From a virus (Duplodnaviria; Caudoviricetes), in the IMG/VR virus record IMGVR_UViG_3300025087_000689: a stretch of DNA of 64,000 nt; one strand, written 5' to 3'. The position numbers were made by a program, and so were the translations under genes. How positions within the stretch are numbered: the stretch's first letter is position 1; each line of letters opens with the position of its first letter. This document shows positions 8,418 to 16,715 of this stretch, piece after piece. The notes below the pieces were generated by a model, which was not told where the DNA came from, did not search any database, and was given only the letters and a program-made list of their open reading frames with translations.

Positions 8418-9428
8418 TTATTCAGTTTGTTGTTTAGCAGAACGTTCAGCACCAACACCGGTGAAGTGTTCAATCAAGTCTGATATCTGATCTTCAGTAA
8501 CAACACCATCATCGTTGTCAGAACCATAACTCCATTCCTTGATGGTAGTATAATCATTACGACCATCAGGAATGAAATCAGGTGAATCAATCTTTTCCAA
8601 ATACTTGATATATCCGGTTACTGTACCAAACTCAGCATTACGAAGAGTTCTTTCAGATAACCGAATGATATCACGAATGTGTAAGAGTGACTCGTAGCAG
8701 TCTTTGTCCTTAACAGGTCTCTTACATTCAACTATGTGTAAGTTTCCATCGTATCCTGATAAGATCTTCTTGTTAGTATCCATGAGATACCGTTTGAAAT
8801 CATCGACCTTGATCTTATCGATGGCGTCCACTAATCTGACAGTGTCAAACTCCTTTCTGTTGTCAAATGCATTAACAATTTTCTCGATGATCGGTTTAGT
8901 GGTTTCATAATCAAAGAAAGCCAACTGTTTTGCAACATCGTCATCGAATTCCTTCTCACTGATGATAGTCGGTTTCTGTTTAGGTTCCTGTTGACCTTCT
9001 TCTTTTAAGTATGGACAGAACGTACCAGGAGTCCAATTCGTACGATAGTCACTAACGATACGATCCTGTTCGTCTTCTGACCAACCTTTGAGTGTCAACA
9101 TGTTTTCCAGATTCTTTTCTTGGTTTATCTGACACTCTTTCATCTTAGCACCCACATAGAATTCACACCCAATACATGGACTCACGTGTTTCTCCCATGG
9201 GATAGTAGGATTATCTTCTGTCTTGATATAGTACTCATTCCACTTCCCATTCTCATCTTTCTTCCATTTATGGGTGAACCACCATCCGCGATAGAACCAT
9301 GAGCTACGCACTTTCTTATCCTTACCTTCAGTAAGAACTTCGAATGCGTTACGACGCCAATCCTGTAAGAATTGAGCGAAGTCAGCAATACCGAAGAACT
9401 TAGCAACATTGTCCCAGAACTTTTTCAT
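8418..9428 (-). CDS. Hypothetical protein with 4-Cys cluster
   Basis: AAGGAG SD before ATG 9428 (MKKFWDNV); track ORF starts further 5'. Confidence 0.75.
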   Translation of the reverse strand: MKKFWDNVAKFFGIADFAQFLQDWRRNAFEVLTEGKDKKVRSSWFYRGWWFTHKWKKDENGKWNEYYIKTEDNPTIPWEKHVSPCIGCEFYVGAKMKECQINQEKNLENMLTLKGWSEDEQDRIVSDYRTNWTPGTFCPYLKEEGQQEPKQKPTIISEKEFDDDVAKQLAFFDYETTKPIIEKIVNAFDNRKEFDTVRLVDAIDKIKVDDFKRYLMDTNKKILSGYDGNLHIVECKRPVKDKDCYESLLHIRDIIRLSERTLRNAEFGTVTGYIKYLEKIDSPDFIPDGRNDYTTIKEWSYGSDNDDGVVTEDQISDLIEHFTGVGAERSAKQQTE

Positions 9429-9498
9429 AACATTCTCCTTTAATATACAGTACACCCTACTACATACAGTACACACCATGTGCACCACACTAGTATGG

Positions 9499-9762
9499 TT
9501 ATAGACCTTCCTCACGAATGGTCTGTAGTATCTCATCCACTGTACTATGTGCACAGTATGTAGGTTGATTAACCCACTTGATCATACGCTGCATCCTAAC
9601 ATACACTATACTATCTAACTCTTCTATAGTAGGGTATACCTTAGGTGCGTTAGGTTGTGGTGTATCCTTGTCCTGAAATAAAGGCACATGTGACAATAGG
9701 TTTAGTATTGTGCATAGTATTACTACACACGATACTACTAAGAGCAAGTAGCTCACAGACAT
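9499..9762 (-). CDS. Membrane-anchored small protein
   Basis: AAAGGAG SD; N-terminal hydrophobic helix. Confidence 0.55.
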   Translation of the reverse strand: MSVSYLLLVVSCVVILCTILNLLSHVPLFQDKDTPQPNAPKVYPTIEELDSIVYVRMQRMIKWVNQPTYCAHSTVDEILQTIREEGL

Positions 9763-10038
9763 AGTAACTCCTTTACTTTAATTGTTTAGTACCCAATAAC
9801 TAGTGCACATACAACAATGTCAACCATGATTACAAAGAGCACAGTCATGAAGTCTCTTCCTTGCCGATTCGTTCTTGAGCTTGTTGATGTATGCCTTTCC
9901 CTCTAATTCTCTGTATTTCCAGTAATTTCCACTTGACATTGATTCCATTTCTTTCTGTGTGCATGAGGTGTTCATAATAAGTTCCTTTCAAGAACTTAAA
10001 GTATGCCCTTTTGTCAATGAGTGGGCTAACTCATGTAC

Positions 10039-10245
10039 TTACTCAACGTAAAGCATAGTAACAGATTCAAACTCATCATTCCACGGTATTTTAGAAAGTA
10101 GCGTGAGTGTGTGACTTCTTCTGAATGCAGTGTATTCTTCTTCATCCGCAGTAATAACTTCCCAATTAGGCATTCCATCTGTTGTGGATGCCAGTTTGCG
10201 TAATTGGATTATATTGGCACATGAGATTACTTGATAAATAGTCAT
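10039..10245 (-). CDS. Hypothetical protein
   Basis: Track ORF; AAGGAG SD. Confidence 0.6.
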   Translation of the reverse strand: MTIYQVISCANIIQLRKLASTTDGMPNWEVITADEEEYTAFRRSHTLTLLSKIPWNDEFESVTMLYVE

Positions 10246-10318
10246 TGTGAACTCCTTCTTAATTGTTTAGATACATGTCCTCTCTAGTTAACGTGCAAGA
10301 GGACTAATCACGATTGGA

Positions 10319-10711
10319 TTAGATCGAATCCCAGAAATCTTCTTCATCTTTTTCAGCTTTCGCTTCCAGATATTTATCAGCAATTTCCAACTCAGCGTCT
10401 TCCATACATGAAACATAGTCGGAACCAGCAGCTTCAGGATGATCTTTCCTTTGTCTAAGATCAAAGAGACGATTTGCCTCTTCCTCCACTTCTTGTTCAA
10501 TTGTCATGTTAGACTCCTGTTTAAAGTTATTAACTTCCTTGCGAATAGTGTCATTGTCTCTTGCATCATTCATCATTGATGCTATGTTCTCAATATCATC
10601 TTCTCTTGTGTCTATAAGAAAGAGTTCTTTTCCACATTCAGGGCATTCATTAAGACCGTAGTGAACTGTGTGGTGCTTGTAACAGTTAACGCAAGCGATA
10701 ATCATGTTCAT
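10319..10711 (-). CDS. Zinc-ribbon protein with acidic tail
   Basis: CVNC...CPECG; AAGGAG SD. Confidence 0.7.
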   Translation of the reverse strand: MNMIIACVNCYKHHTVHYGLNECPECGKELFLIDTREDDIENIASMMNDARDNDTIRKEVNNFKQESNMTIEQEVEEEANRLFDLRQRKDHPEAAGSDYVSCMEDAELEIADKYLEAKAEKDEEDFWDSI

Positions 10712-10791
10712 AGTAAACTCCTTGTTAGATACAGTAAGTACTTAGTACATACAGTACACATTATGTGCACTATACTACTAGATACAATGTG

Positions 10792-11133
10792 TTATGCATG
10801 TGCTTTGTGTGTTACTACCATGTGCCTTGTTTCTTTCATGTTATCATCATGAGTGATAACAGTGCTAGTGTGCCATACGCTACTACGTGTACTATGTATG
10901 CCCATACTAGTTAACTTATATGACATATTATCCATGTATGCCATATTCATTCTAGTAGTAGCTACATCTACTATAATCTGTGTGCGATACCCACATGGTA
11001 GCATAGTAGTAGTGATACGTAGCGTAGTAAGATATGACTTACCCCATACTACTATCTCTACTATGGTACATACTAGTACATAGCATGTGAGTAGTATAAT
11101 CAAGTGCCCTAAGAACATGAGTGTTGATAACAT
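10792..11133 (-). CDS. Putative membrane protein in compositionally unusual DNA
   Basis: AAAGGAG SD; N-terminal hydrophobic helix; atypical composition lowers confidence. Confidence 0.45.
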   Translation of the reverse strand: MLSTLMFLGHLIILLTCYVLVCTIVEIVVWGKSYLTTLRITTTMLPCGYRTQIIVDVATTRMNMAYMDNMSYKLTSMGIHSTRSSVWHTSTVITHDDNMKETRHMVVTHKAHA

Positions 11134-11146
11134 GTAATCTCCTTTG

Positions 11147-11281
11147 TTAATAGCCTATTGTTACGCACAATACTACTATCTCTATCATCAATGCTATTGT
11201 GCTAAGCATAATGATATTGAATGTTGTCTTGTTCATTTCTTTTCCTTTCTTTTGTTTAAGTGAATAAGCGTAGACTTTCAT
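11147..11281 (-). CDS. 44-aa membrane micro-protein, first gene of the leftward arm
   Basis: MKVYAYSLKQKKGKEMNKTTFNIIMLSTIALMIEIVVLCVTIGY; AAAGGAG SD. Confidence 0.45.
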   Translation of the reverse strand: MKVYAYSLKQKKGKEMNKTTFNIIMLSTIALMIEIVVLCVTIGY

Positions 11282-11424
11282 AACGAACTCCTTTGTTAAA
11301 AGTTAGAGAGACGTACGGTACCATGAAGCGTCCCGACAACTAGGATATAGAAAACAATAGGTACTCAATCATTTTTGTACTTTCAGAAAAAATATAGAAT
11401 TTTTTTGGAATTTCTAAGACCTAT

Positions 11425-11453
11425 TGGAATTTTAAGATAGAATGAGTTATAAT
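11425..11453 (+). promoter_or_regulatory. Sigma70-type promoter TGGAAT-17-TATAAT
   Basis: Same architecture recurs at 12489, 18892, 28549, 46009 and 51982. Confidence 0.7.
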
Positions 11454-11473
11454 ATACAGTTGAGGGTAGAACA

Positions 11474-12349
11474 ATGGCTAAAATATGTGTAGAATGTGGT
11501 AGAGAATTTCCGTGGCAGATAACTATCAATGGCGTTAGACAAGACTTATCTTGTAGAAAGTATTGTCTAAAATGTCATCCTATTGGAGTAAGGTATGGAA
11601 GAGAAAAAGTTACTCATATCTGTAAAAAGTGTGGGAAGAAAATATCTATTCAGTATAAGTATCGTAAAGGAGATAAGTCGTTTATATGTTTAGATTGTAT
11701 ACCACGAAGAACAACTATAAAAAAATATTGTATAACATGTGGAAGAGAAACGTCTTATGGAAGAAAATATTGTTCAAAGAAATGTATTCCATCTAAACTA
11801 ATAATTACTAATAAAAAATTACATCTATATAAAAGACGATTATTATTAAAACAAAAAGCGTTAGAACTTAATGGTAATTTAAGTTGTTCTTGTGGAGAAA
11901 ATAATATCTATCTTCTTGAATTTCATCATGAACAAGAGAAAGAATTTCAGATTAGTGATAAAATATATAATTATTCACCTAATAAAGAATTTCCTAAAGA
12001 TCTTGTAGATGAAATTAAGAAGTGTTCAGTGTTATGTAAAAAGTGTCACATTAAACAACATCCTGAATTAAGAAGTACTAGAGAAGAAAAGAAATTAGAA
12101 CTTTATAAATATTCTGGAAGTAAGTGTAAAGACTGTAATGAAACTGATATTATATTCATGCATTGGCATCATAGAGATACCTCCACGAAAAAATTTGAGA
12201 TTGGTCGTGGAATTAAAGACGGAAGAAGTCTTAAGTCTTTAAAGTTAGAAGTCGATAAGTGTGATATGTTATGTACTAACTGTCATATATTAAGATTTAA
12301 ACAAAAATACGAAAAGGAAATAGGATATGACAAACATAGAACTAACTAA
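11474..12349 (+). CDS. HNH endonuclease with two tandem HNH domains and N-terminal zinc ribbons
   Basis: Two copies of CxxC...L.FHH....K.F.I....E..KC..LC..CH. Confidence 0.8.
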   Translation: MAKICVECGREFPWQITINGVRQDLSCRKYCLKCHPIGVRYGREKVTHICKKCGKKISIQYKYRKGDKSFICLDCIPRRTTIKKYCITCGRETSYGRKYCSKKCIPSKLIITNKKLHLYKRRLLLKQKALELNGNLSCSCGENNIYLLEFHHEQEKEFQISDKIYNYSPNKEFPKDLVDEIKKCSVLCKKCHIKQHPELRSTREEKKLELYKYSGSKCKDCNETDIIFMHWHHRDTSTKKFEIGRGIKDGRSLKSLKLEVDKCDMLCTNCHILRFKQKYEKEIGYDKHRTN

Positions 12350-12485
12350 AATTACTAATACTGGTTATACTAATATGATTGATAACAAGTTACACTTAAT
12401 AAAGATACGTATAACTGAAGGTTATTATAATGAGGTTCAAGTTATAGACTTGGTTGTAGGATCTATAATAGACATAATCGCTTAG
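12327..12485 (+). CDS. 52-aa hypothetical protein
   Basis: AGGA SD; overlaps end of HNH gene. Confidence 0.4.
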   Translation: MTNIELTKITNTGYTNMIDNKLHLIKIRITEGYYNEVQVIDLVVGSIIDIIA

Positions 12486-12488
12486 AGC

Positions 12489-12517
12489 TTGAGATTAATG
12501 CTTAAAAAGAGTATAAT
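12489..12517 (+). promoter_or_regulatory. Sigma70-type promoter TTGAGA-17-TATAAT
   Basis: Consensus spacing, upstream of a small ORF. Confidence 0.55.
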
Positions 12518-12538
12518 ACTTGATGAACGAAGGATTTT

Positions 12539-12679
12539 ATGGAAGATATATCTAAAATTATAAATTGTACATGTTTAGAGAAGAATCCTGAACTTGAGTT
12601 TGAAGACCTTCAAGATGCTGATCTTTGTGACCCCGAATGCCCTATACATGGTGGTAACGTTAAACTAATACGGGAGTAA
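12539..12679 (+). CDS. 46-aa Cys-containing protein
   Basis: MEDISKIINCTC...LCDPECPIHGG; AAGGA SD. Confidence 0.5.
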   Translation: MEDISKIINCTCLEKNPELEFEDLQDADLCDPECPIHGGNVKLIRE

Positions 12680-12680
12680 T

Positions 12681-13079
12681 ATGAGTATCTTTAAAACTAA
12701 AGACAAAATTGAACTCTACTGCGAGTACAACTATGAAACAACAGCATCGATCTTACGAGAGAAAGAGACAAACGGTTGTGGTCCCGGTGGTTGGAAGTTT
12801 GATCTTGTTCCCGATTCAATCTGGGGTTGTCCTATTACTGATGCTTGTAATATACATGATTGGATGTATCATTTCGGAAAAGTATTAGAAGATAAGGATC
12901 GAGCTGATAGAATATTTCGTAATAATATGATAAGATTAATAAATGCTAGAACGACTAATTGGTTTGCTAAAAAACTTCTATTAGGTAGAAGACTTAGGAT
13001 GGCTGAAATATACTATGAAGTAGTAAGTCATTTTGGAGGTCCTGCTTTCTGGAATGGAAAAGAGGGTCAACCAAAATAA
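12681..13079 (+). CDS. Phospholipase A2-like protein
   Basis: NGCGPGG loop plus ACNIHDWMY (CxxHDxxY) and D..F motif. Confidence 0.6.
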   Translation: MSIFKTKDKIELYCEYNYETTASILREKETNGCGPGGWKFDLVPDSIWGCPITDACNIHDWMYHFGKVLEDKDRADRIFRNNMIRLINARTTNWFAKKLLLGRRLRMAEIYYEVVSHFGGPAFWNGKEGQPK

Positions 13080-13420
13080 TGGATATTGATTTAATTTTAG
13101 AGTCTATTTTCGGCGAATATAAAAGACAATCTATTGCTTTGGGTAGAGATCGTGCCAAAGTTGAAGAGAGACTTGAGAACATCAGGAAAGAGTTCGAAGG
13201 TAATATCAGATCGTCACTTGATGATTTCGTGGGGATGCCTAATAATGAAACAACTATAGAATTAATCAGACGAAACCTTAATGATAATATAAACCAGTTT
13301 TTAGATACAAATATAACGTTGGATGACATTCAAATGGATAGGGATACTATTACCATCCAGATGGGTATAGCACCGAAACACCCAGCTCAAGTTAACTTAA
13401 ATAAGAGGATATATGAGTAA
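13079..13420 (+). CDS. Hypothetical protein
   Basis: Track ORF, coupled TAATG. Confidence 0.65.
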   Translation: MDIDLILESIFGEYKRQSIALGRDRAKVEERLENIRKEFEGNIRSSLDDFVGMPNNETTIELIRRNLNDNINQFLDTNITLDDIQMDRDTITIQMGIAPKHPAQVNLNKRIYE

Positions 13421-13601
13421 GGCACCAATAATAACAGCAACTCCACAGAAAGTAACTTTACCAACAGGTGCCAAAGTAATTCCAGTTGAAGGATCCAAGT
13501 TGGGATCTGGAGAAGGTAATAATGGACGTGGTGGCGGATACGAACATATGAAGAGTAGATGGAAAGAACTTAAAATAGAAAATCCTCGCCAAGGGGAATA
13601 A
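13413..13601 (+). CDS. Small hypothetical protein
   Basis: Track ORF; GAGG SD. Confidence 0.55.
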   Translation: MSKAPIITATPQKVTLPTGAKVIPVEGSKLGSGEGNNGRGGGYEHMKSRWKELKIENPRQGE

Positions 13602-13639
13602 TCCCTGCGGCGGTTTTAACTTAAACCGAGGAGAGACAA

Positions 13640-14164
13640 ATGGTTTCAGGGACAATGGCTTTAACAGAGGCAACCTTAAAAGGTGGCAGTGCTGGTATAA
13701 GAGCACAAAGAGGAGATGAAATTTGGGGAGCGAGCTGGGCTTTTGCTTCAGGTGGAGCACAAGGAGATATTTTAACACTATCAGATGTGTTAAATAATTT
13801 ATCAACGTCAGGTGCGTATGCTACTGATGCCGAATTACTGGCTGTGTCTGGTGCATTAAGAGCGGTCCTAGATGCGTCTGGGGCAAATCTTGCTTCTGCA
13901 TCAGGTGCAATTGTAACTAATATATCTGGACTCATAGTCAATGTATCTGGTACGATTGTGGCTAGTGGTCAGTATTTTAATCAACCTACAATAGCTTCGG
14001 GTGTGATGTATGGAAGAATAACACTGGATCCATCTGGAACAGTTACTATTGGCACGGCATCCGCTCCGCTAACATCCGGGTTTGCTAGTGTGGTATCGGC
14101 CAATGGAATAGTTTATCAGCTTAGAATTGGTAACGACGGATTAGTATCTGGCTTTATCGTATAA
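13640..14164 (+). CDS. Ser-Gly-rich putative virion protein
   Basis: GAGGAG SD; 13 SG dipeptides in 174 aa. Confidence 0.7.
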   Translation: MVSGTMALTEATLKGGSAGIRAQRGDEIWGASWAFASGGAQGDILTLSDVLNNLSTSGAYATDAELLAVSGALRAVLDASGANLASASGAIVTNISGLIVNVSGTIVASGQYFNQPTIASGVMYGRITLDPSGTVTIGTASAPLTSGFASVVSANGIVYQLRIGNDGLVSGFIV

Positions 14165-14171
14165 TCGTTGT

Positions 14172-14666
14172 TTGATATGTGCCTGCCCTGGTCGTTCTTT
14201 ATGTGCCAGACATGAAAAAGTATATGTTTTGGACGTGGAGAATGGTTGGGTCAGGAAAAAATCAGGTCTAAAGCGGGGAGTTCGCAGATATCATAAAACC
14301 GAGACCAAACTACTCGAAATTTTAAAAGAGATTTTTGGTCAAGAGAATGTGATCTCGAGCGTGCACCCGCTTTGGGCCCTTTCCGACAAGGGAGTTCTTC
14401 TTGAGTATGATGTCTGTGTGATGTCAAAACATCTATTAGTCGAGTATGACGGATTGCAGCACTTTGAGTTTTCAAACTTCTTTCATAAAACTCGTAGTGA
14501 ATTTGAAAGTCAAAAAACTAGAGACAGATTAAAGGATAGATTGGCTAAACAAAACGGATGGAAACTGCTCAGGATAAAATACAATGAAGATGTAACTTAT
14601 GGAAACATCTTTAAAAAACTATCAACAATGAGGTTAACATGCCCGAAAGAGAAGACAGAATACTAG
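14172..14666 (+). CDS. Vsr/DUF559-like (EDxHD-type) endonuclease
   Basis: LEYDV....LLVEYDGLQH...RD..K...A..NGW.LLRI.Y; start codon uncertain. Confidence 0.7.
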   Translation: MICACPGRSLCARHEKVYVLDVENGWVRKKSGLKRGVRRYHKTETKLLEILKEIFGQENVISSVHPLWALSDKGVLLEYDVCVMSKHLLVEYDGLQHFEFSNFFHKTRSEFESQKTRDRLKDRLAKQNGWKLLRIKYNEDVTYGNIFKKLSTMRLTCPKEKTEY

Positions 14667-15145
14667 AAGGACTTGGTAAACTCTCTGGACTCGTGGAAGC
14701 ATCTAGGGATGATATCAAGACGCTAGTAGGTAAACAAGATGAACACGCTAAGTGTTTACAGACTTTGAATACGAGTATCCAGGTGATTCAAACTGGATAT
14801 GAAAATAAAACTGCTATGTGTGGTAAAGAGTTTAAAGATATTAATGAGAAATTGGGACGAGATTACGAAGTTTTAAATATTTTAAAAACTAAACAAGTTG
14901 TGGAAAATGGAGTTGAGGCTTATAAAGGTAAGAAAAGAGAGTGGTGGCAATATATGCTTGGTGTTGTGGGTGCTGTCATTGGCATTTTAATTGGTATCAA
15001 TCAACTATCTGGAATATATAACACATTTACTACTAATACAATAACATCGTCATCGTCCGCTTATTCAACAACACTTAGCCCGAATAGATTACATATGGAC
15101 ACTACTTTTACAAATTCCTATGATACGTCAAAAGGAAATAGATAA
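14639..15145 (+). CDS. Coiled-coil protein with one TM helix; holin-like candidate
   Basis: Heptad N-terminus, WWQYMLGVVGAVIGILIGI helix, near the endolysin. Confidence 0.45.
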   Translation: MPEREDRILEGLGKLSGLVEASRDDIKTLVGKQDEHAKCLQTLNTSIQVIQTGYENKTAMCGKEFKDINEKLGRDYEVLNILKTKQVVENGVEAYKGKKREWWQYMLGVVGAVIGILIGINQLSGIYNTFTTNTITSSSSAYSTTLSPNRLHMDTTFTNSYDTSKGNR

Positions 15146-15155
15146 GGAGCAATAA

Positions 15156-15545
15156 ATGCAAACATTAATAGCAACTGCGAGTGGTTGGACTTTAGTGCCA
15201 CCAAGCGGTCTTAGTATTACAGTTAAGAATTTACAATTAAGTACTTTAAGTACTTCGGGTAATATTTTTATATCAGGTAGTGCTAGTTCATATATAAATA
15301 CACTTTATTCAGCAGGATCTATTAACATTCCCATTGAATTAAGATTCGTCCAAGCTGAAAATGTCACAGTAATACCATCAAGTGGAGATCTTATTGTAAG
15401 TTATCTCTACGCTGGTGAACCAGAGGCTTATCTATATGCTAGGGCCGTCTCAGAATATTCGGCTCTATCTGGTGTGGCACCTCTTTGGAATAGTGTTGTC
15501 TTAAGTGGTTCTTACAACTACGGCAGTGGAAAGTTCGGGGGGTAA
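15156..15545 (+). CDS. Ser-Gly-rich small beta protein, putative virion protein
   Basis: AAGGAG SD; 8 SG in 129 aa. Confidence 0.65.
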   Translation: MQTLIATASGWTLVPPSGLSITVKNLQLSTLSTSGNIFISGSASSYINTLYSAGSINIPIELRFVQAENVTVIPSSGDLIVSYLYAGEPEAYLYARAVSEYSALSGVAPLWNSVVLSGSYNYGSGKFGG

Positions 15546-15559
15546 TTAAAGGATTATTA

Positions 15560-16198
15560 GTGATTATCTACTGTGTTGAAAATATAATATCAGGTAAAAA
15601 GTATATTGGAAAGAGTAAAAATTCTTTACAAGAAAGAATGAAATCTCATTTCTTTAAAATTAGAAATGGCGTGAAAACCAAATTTTATGATGCTATTAGA
15701 TCTTATGGAATCGATAATTTTAAGTATTATATCCTTGATCAGGCATTCACCGCAGATGAATTAAATGAAAAAGAAATAAAATATATTAAGTTATTTGATA
15801 CTATTAATTCTGGGTATAATATGGTAGAGGGTGGAACTGGTGGAGATACAATGTGTCATCATCCTAATAAGGAAGAAATCTATAAAAAGATAGGAAAGAA
15901 ATGTTCTATTGCTTTAAAAGGTCGTATATTTACTGAAGAGCACAGATTAAATATGTCTAAATCTCGTGTAGGACATAAATGGACTTTAGAACAAAGACAA
16001 AAACTTTCCAATTCTATTAAAGGTGAGAATCACCCTTTATTTGGAAAGTTTCATTCTGAAGAAACAAAGAGAAAAATTGGATTATCATCAAAAATAAAAC
16101 ATAAACGTATTTGTTTAACTTGTAATACTGAATTTTATGGTGGCAGATCTGCAAAATATTGTCAATGTAAATGTAAACCCCTCGCATTGGTTATATAA
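15560..16198 (+). CDS. GIY-YIG homing endonuclease with NUMOD3-like tails
   Basis: IIYCVENIISGKKYIGKS...R...H, E..YI, GYN, and H(T/S)EE.K/R..(I/M)S repeats; GTG start with AAAGGA. Confidence 0.85.
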   Translation: MIIYCVENIISGKKYIGKSKNSLQERMKSHFFKIRNGVKTKFYDAIRSYGIDNFKYYILDQAFTADELNEKEIKYIKLFDTINSGYNMVEGGTGGDTMCHHPNKEEIYKKIGKKCSIALKGRIFTEEHRLNMSKSRVGHKWTLEQRQKLSNSIKGENHPLFGKFHSEETKRKIGLSSKIKHKRICLTCNTEFYGGRSAKYCQCKCKPLALVI

Positions 16199-16209
16199 TA
16201 AGGAAAATA

Positions 16210-16707
16210 ATGATCAAAAAATATCAACTAATAGAGATGCATCCGCAACTCAAAATATTATATCTTAAATTTGAAAAGAAAATGGGTGTTGTTGGCATTC
16301 GTTTTAAAGTTACGAACGTAGCCAGAACTTATAAAGAACAAATTGCTTTATATGCACAAGGACGAGAAACACTTAATCGCGTCAATGAGTATAGAAAATT
16401 AGCATTATTAGGAAAGATATCAAATGAACAAAATAAATTTATAGTTACATACACCTTAAATTCTAAGCATATAATAAATACAGATGACAGTGAATCTAAT
16501 AATGATTTATCCAGGGCTTTTGATATAGTTTTATTTGATAAAAATATGAAAATAACATATGATTTAAAAGCAAATATAAATTTAAACGAGGAGACTGACT
16601 ATCTGGAAGCTGCTAAAATTGGTAAATCAGTTGGTTTAAATTGCGGTGCTTTTTTCAAAAATGTTAAAGGTGAACTACGTCCGGATTTTCCACATTATGA
16701 AATCTAG
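16210..16707 (+). CDS. Endolysin, L-Ala-D-Glu peptidase (M15C-like)
   Basis: R...EQ.ALYAQGR, SKH, AFDI, D.PHYE zinc-peptidase motifs. Confidence 0.85.
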   Translation: MIKKYQLIEMHPQLKILYLKFEKKMGVVGIRFKVTNVARTYKEQIALYAQGRETLNRVNEYRKLALLGKISNEQNKFIVTYTLNSKHIINTDDSESNNDLSRAFDIVLFDKNMKITYDLKANINLNEETDYLEAAKIGKSVGLNCGAFFKNVKGELRPDFPHYEI

Positions 16708-16715
16708 GAGAATTT

